A stretch of 49,857 bases of DNA from Escherichia phage PH1062, in the sequence record OQ680139.1; one strand, 5' to 3'. Both the position numbers and the translations under genes were made by a program. The notes beneath the pieces were generated by a model, which saw nothing but the letters and a program-made list of their open reading frames with translations, did not search any database and had not been told where the DNA came from. Positions 46,366-49,857 of this stretch are shown here, one piece after another; position 1 is the first letter of the stretch; each line of letters starts with the position of its first letter.

Positions 46366-47416
46366 CTTCCAGGATGTGCTTGAACTGCTTTTTAATCCAA
46401 TCAGGAGTCTCAAGCTCAATCTCTGGTTCGCCGTTGCTGTATGAAGGCCATACGTCATTCGCTTCGCACATTGAGAAAGTATGAATAACGCTCATGTACT
46501 GCGCACGACCAATCTTAAGCTGATCGCTACTCATGCGGTAAGCCATAGGAAAGTAAGGCTCTTTCTTCTCCTGGGCCAGCAAGCGCACAACCACAGGTCG
46601 CGTTTCCTCAAAGCATTTAACGAACAGGTCACGCTGCAATGCCATCTTGAGGTAATATCCAAGGTTGAACGCCAGGCGCGGGAACTCGGTCGGGTTGGCG
46701 CTCATTGTCGTTTTGTAATCAGTGATGACGACGATTTCAGGGTGAATCTCAGGATCGTAACCCATGCGCCGGATGGCTTCTGGATCATTAATGATGTCAA
46801 CATGGTCAAGTCGCACCTTGACTTTAACGCCACAGATTACGCCGAACAAAGAATACTCACGGAATGCCGTTTCGCTGTTCATGCAAGCGTTATGCTCAGG
46901 AATCATTTCAAGAACCTGGCGCATACTGACGCAAGCGTCGTAGTCTTCCGCCTTAACCAGTTCCACGCCATCTGCCCACGCCTGACATTGTGCGATCATA
47001 TCAATCAGCCACATGACGTTGAGGTCTTCGCCGCAATCAACCATCATCTTGATCAGTTCTGGATATTGCTTGCCGCTTGTACCAGTCAGGCCAAATGATT
47101 TTAATTTCGTTGCCAATGCCGCCTGGCTAGTGATTACGTTTTCAATCTCGCTATCTTTCGGTGCGCGGCGATACTTGCGTTCAAACAGTGCCTTACTCTC
47201 GAAATTGGTATGCGACTGCGTACCGAAGACAAGTGCCTTAGTCGTCGAGTTCATTTCAAACTTCCACGCCGCAGGGCAAGTACTGTGGATCTTGCTGAGT
47301 GACGATCCTGATACGTACTTGGCGGTCCATTCGTCTTTGCTGTGATAGAAATCGTTGCTCATTTCTTCTGACGTGAAATATTGAAAAAGTGGCTTAGTCA
47401 TCTCTTTAATCCTCAT
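46361..47416 (-). CDS. PD-(D/E)xK family exonuclease (RecE / lambda-Exo-like partner of Erf)
   Basis: 351 aa; IVVITDYKTT fits the D-x(n)-(D/E)-x-K core. Confidence 0.5.
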   Translation of the reverse strand: MRIKEMTKPLFQYFTSEEMSNDFYHSKDEWTAKYVSGSSLSKIHSTCPAAWKFEMNSTTKALVFGTQSHTNFESKALFERKYRRAPKDSEIENVITSQAALATKLKSFGLTGTSGKQYPELIKMMVDCGEDLNVMWLIDMIAQCQAWADGVELVKAEDYDACVSMRQVLEMIPEHNACMNSETAFREYSLFGVICGVKVKVRLDHVDIINDPEAIRRMGYDPEIHPEIVVITDYKTTMSANPTEFPRLAFNLGYYLKMALQRDLFVKCFEETRPVVVRLLAQEKKEPYFPMAYRMSSDQLKIGRAQYMSVIHTFSMCEANDVWPSYSNGEPEIELETPDWIKKQFKHILEA

Positions 47417-47434
47417 TTGTTGTTGATGTGGGTA

Positions 47435-47462
47435 ACTATACGCGCTTGGTTGCCTTAGTCAA
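47435..47462 (-). promoter_or_regulatory. Sigma70-like early promoter TTGACT-16-TATAGT (leftward)
   Basis: Hexamers just upstream of 47416; GTGGTTACATGT abuts the -35. Confidence 0.5.
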
Positions 47463-47686
47463 GTGGTTACATGTAGATATTTGTAATCACGTGTATGCAA
47501 TGGCGTTAGTTACATAAAATGGCTATCCAGCCCAGCTATGGCTTGATGTAAACATCGTGTATATCGTGTATACCACTTTTCGCGGATGGTGCATTAGTGT
47601 ATGCGTGATTAGATACTGTATAAATATACATATTAGAAATTTATAAGCGGAATACTCTATAGAAGTAGTTACACGATATACACAGT

Positions 47687-47757
47687 AATATATATATAAT
47701 AATAATAAGAGTAAAAGGTTGATATATATAGATATTTTAATGTAACTAATGCGTAAA
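47687..47757. repeat. AT-rich conserved block, copy 2
   Basis: Same sub-motifs and order as copy 1 at 29069-29145. Confidence 0.7.
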
Positions 47758-47855
47758 TCTGCGTAACAGCGCGTATATCATTTTCAGCGGAAGAGATTGT
47801 ATACATCGAGTTACATCGGTTACGTGTATATCGTTGCATTTGCATACTTGACACC

Positions 47856-47900
47856 AAAAAGCACGAATTGCTAAAACTCAATTAATGGTTGGTGTATAGT
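47856..47900 (+). promoter_or_regulatory. Family promoter Q (rightward): element, 18 bp, TATAGT
   Basis: AAAAGCACGAATTGCTAAAA; followed by CACTCAATCGAAACGAA. Confidence 0.5.
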
Positions 47901-47939
47901 CACTCAATCGAAACGAAATTCACTTGCTAAGGACTCAAA

Positions 47940-48182
47940 ATGACTAACTTCATCAAATCGGCAATCATAGCAGCAGCAGTAATCATGACCGTAGGTTGTT
48001 CTTCTGGTCCACGACCTGATGGATGGTGTGCCACTCAGGCAAATGGTGTTTGCGTAGCCAAGTGGAGGGGCGGCGTAGTTGTTCCAGCAGGTGAGGTTGA
48101 TGTTCGCTATGCTGGTATTGAATCAAAAGCAGGTGGCGGATACGGCGGTTCAGTTTCAGATCACGGATCTAAGGAGTGGTAA
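47940..48182 (+). CDS. Small lipoprotein, Cor-like superinfection-exclusion candidate
   Basis: 80 aa; signal peptide with lipobox (…IMTVGC); size and position beside tail fibre genes as for Cor in T1/phi80-type phages. Confidence 0.45.
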   Translation: MTNFIKSAIIAAAVIMTVGCSSGPRPDGWCATQANGVCVAKWRGGVVVPAGEVDVRYAGIESKAGGGYGGSVSDHGSKEW

Positions 48183-48183
48183 T

Positions 48184-49146
48184 ATGGGGCAGGGTATATT
48201 GATCGATCTTAACGATGGAAGGCCAGCTATGGAGATAACTGCAGGATTGAGAGCACCTGCTGTGACTGGTTCAATAAATACTAACGGGCTTTCTACTCCG
48301 GCTAATTCATGGGATTTTGGATTATCCATGTCACCTGGCTCAACGGCTTTCTGCCTACCAACAAAGGCGGTTCACGTTGATGCTTATGATGTAATACCAG
48401 AAGTGTATTATATGAACGGATTTCAAAAGGTTAATGATGGTGTAGGAAGGATAACGCTAAGTAACTTCAACGGTGCCAATGGTCGAATAATTGACTTTGG
48501 AGGTAACTGCTTTGAAATACTACCAGCTTCATCCTCATCAAGCCCCGGTATACTAGTTGAAAACTCGACTGACTTCCTGGCCATATCAAGTAATTCAAGG
48601 CTAATGTCTGCAGCGTGGGTTGGAGGGATGCAAGTAAATGGAGCAGCATCTCTTCCTGTTAGTGGTATTCCTTTCGGTAAGTGGGATAACCCAAACGTGT
48701 CGCTTGAGAGTGATGGGAGTACGATATGGTGCAGGGATGCAAATTACGGCGGAATTGATGACGTTGGCGCAAGCACTTACGTACAGCTGGTTATATTCAA
48801 AAATGAGCCGCCGCCAGCAGGCCCGGGTATTACAATGTCAAACGGATCTGGCCAGATTGTTTTCTCTAGTGTTCGCAGGCCTTTCGTTCTTGGTGGGTTC
48901 ATTCAGATTAACAATGGATACCAGTCAATCAATGGTGGATTCTTCCCGCTTCTTAGGTGCGGTGCTACGGCTAGAGTTACTGGAGGCTATAACAACCTAC
49001 GTTATAAGGGCGTTTGCATGTCTGGAGGTTCTGTCAGGGCAGTTCCCGGCTCTGTAATAGGTAACTACTCGACTCAGACTGGCGCGCAATTCCCATTCGA
49101 CACAAACATATCAATGGCACTTCCATTTATTCCTAACTTCTACTAA
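48184..49146 (+). CDS. Hypothetical protein, candidate receptor-binding tail protein (start moved to Met after lipoprotein stop)
   Basis: 320 aa Gly/Ser/Asn-rich; AAGGAG RBS; ORF-track start 48079 overlaps the lipoprotein gene. Confidence 0.45.
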   Translation: MGQGILIDLNDGRPAMEITAGLRAPAVTGSINTNGLSTPANSWDFGLSMSPGSTAFCLPTKAVHVDAYDVIPEVYYMNGFQKVNDGVGRITLSNFNGANGRIIDFGGNCFEILPASSSSSPGILVENSTDFLAISSNSRLMSAAWVGGMQVNGAASLPVSGIPFGKWDNPNVSLESDGSTIWCRDANYGGIDDVGASTYVQLVIFKNEPPPAGPGITMSNGSGQIVFSSVRRPFVLGGFIQINNGYQSINGGFFPLLRCGATARVTGGYNNLRYKGVCMSGGSVRAVPGSVIGNYSTQTGAQFPFDTNISMALPFIPNFY

Positions 49147-49170
49147 AAGAAAAAGCCCCGAAAGGGGCTT
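49147..49170. terminator. Bidirectional terminator between 48184..49146 and the J-like gene
   Basis: GCCCC-gaaa-GGGGC flanked by A-run and T-rich tract. Confidence 0.65.
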
Positions 49171-49176
49171 AATCGT

Positions 49177-49857
49177 TTACCACACTCCAACTACAACTCT
49201 ACCTCCTCCAGGTAGGTTTACCGTGATTCCATTCCCGTTAATCTGGACCGTATCATTCACGCCATTAAAAGCAAAATTACCTTCAGCAGCCCTAACCTCA
49301 CCTCGAACAACTACGTTATTGAACTCACAAGCCCCGTCCTTGCCTATGCCCCATCCTTGAGATCCAGCAACATAGTTATTTGATTGAATTCTGTTACCAA
49401 TCTTGGCATTAGTGATTGAGCCATCCTTGATCACAGCGCTCTGGATGAACACTTGGTTATTCTCAACCACGAAAGGCAATGCCCACTGACCGGAACCAGA
49501 ACCAATCCCGTTACTGATCGCGAATCTGTTAGCGTCAAATATGAACTGACTCTTAACACCAGCACCGCTTCCAACAAGTTCCATGCTCATCCCTGCGCTA
49601 TATTCAACCCCATTATATTTTAGACCTAACTTAACACCGTACTGAGCGCCAGCGGATTCCGCATCAACCCAGGAGTCAAGTTTTTCATTCAGTGCTGCCT
49701 GCGTATCGCCAAGTTGAGCGCTCAAAGCTGTGTCGGCAGTAGTCCTTGCTTCAGTTTCGGTGGCTAGCGCCGTCTGAACTTCAGTTATGGAAGCTACAAC
49801 CTCATCATCAATCTGTGCTTTAAGCTGCGTGAGAGCCTCTACGCGAGCCTGAGTTTC
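49177..49857 (-). CDS. Central tail fibre J-like protein, 3' end (same gene as 1..2910 across the circular junction)
   Basis: ORF track 49177..49725 is an internal-Met fragment; the frame stays open upstream to the window end, and the window end equals the window start. Confidence 0.8.
   Translation of the reverse strand, partial: ETQARVEALTQLKAQIDDEVVASITEVQTALATETEARTTADTALSAQLGDTQAALNEKLDSWVDAESAGAQYGVKLGLKYNGVEYSAGMSMELVGSGAGVKSQFIFDANRFAISNGIGSGSGQWALPFVVENNQVFIQSAVIKDGSITNAKIGNRIQSNNYVAGSQGWGIGKDGACEFNNVVVRGEVRAAEGNFAFNGVNDTVQINGNGITVNLPGGGRVVVGVW
49747..49857. repeat. 111 nt terminal overlap identical to nt 1-111 (circular contig closure)
   Basis: Exact identity including the ttatgg variant of the first repeat copy. 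Confidence 0.85.

Noticed and set aside
47849-47854. Perfect TTGACA hexamer upstream of family promoter Q as its -35
   Set aside because: It lies ~40 bp from the TATAGT box and no -10-like hexamer sits 16-18 bp downstream of it.
21896-47900. The repeated 20 bp element as a possible CRISPR array or terminal-inverted-repeat mobile element
   Set aside because: Copies are 0.2-9 kb apart with genes between them, not regularly spaced with short spacers; they are oriented with flanking genes and coupled to -10 boxes. No transposase or Cas genes.
49747-49857. 111 bp identical ends as a biological direct terminal repeat or a third tandem repeat copy
   Set aside because: Identity is exact including the single-nt variant of the first copy, and the J-like frame continues across the junction; assembly closure of a circularly permuted genome is the simplest reading, though a third copy cannot be excluded.

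Overview
This window reads as one essentially complete ~49.7 kb genome of a virulent T1-like siphovirus (family assignment is inference from gene content). The last 111 nt (49747-49857) are identical to nt 1-111, so the contig is circular and a lambda gpJ-like central tail fibre gene wraps the window edge. No tRNA, rRNA, CRISPR array, integrase or obvious repressor was found. Layout: (i) 19565 down to 1 and on to 49177, minus strand: terminase small and large, portal, head morphogenesis, protease/scaffold, collagen-tailed decoration protein, major capsid, neck proteins, major tail, G/G-T chaperones with a -1 frameshift site, tape measure, M/L/K/I-like tail tip proteins and J. (ii) 19600-28800, minus strand: a block of small accessory genes including a dNMP-kinase-like P-loop protein, an HAD phosphatase and a tandem family of five paralogous small acidic proteins. 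(iii) 28800-29400 and 47420-47940: two AT-rich, repeat-dense divergent control regions sharing a conserved block. (iv) 29800-32630, plus strand: a P-loop NTPase module. (v) 32650-40000, minus strand: u-spanin, SAR endolysin, pinholin, metallophosphoesterase, Dam-type methyltransferase, VRR-NUC nuclease and SF2 helicase. (vi) 40000-49150: HTH regulator, primase, side tail fibre with chaperone domain, SSB, Erf, PD-(D/E)xK exonuclease, Cor-like lipoprotein and a putative receptor-binding protein. Three HNH-AP2 homing endonucleases are scattered through the genome. The most striking unexplained signal is an oriented ~20 bp element, AATAGCAC(G/T)(A/T)(A/T)TTG(C/T)TAAA, present at least 17 times at 18-21 bp from a TATAGT/TATAAT box and always pointing toward the downstream gene; I read it as a phage-specific promoter class served by an unidentified phage-encoded factor. 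Protein calls rest on motif recognition from memory, not database searches. Coordinates of regulatory elements were counted by hand and may be off by 1-2 nt; CDS coordinates follow the ORF track.
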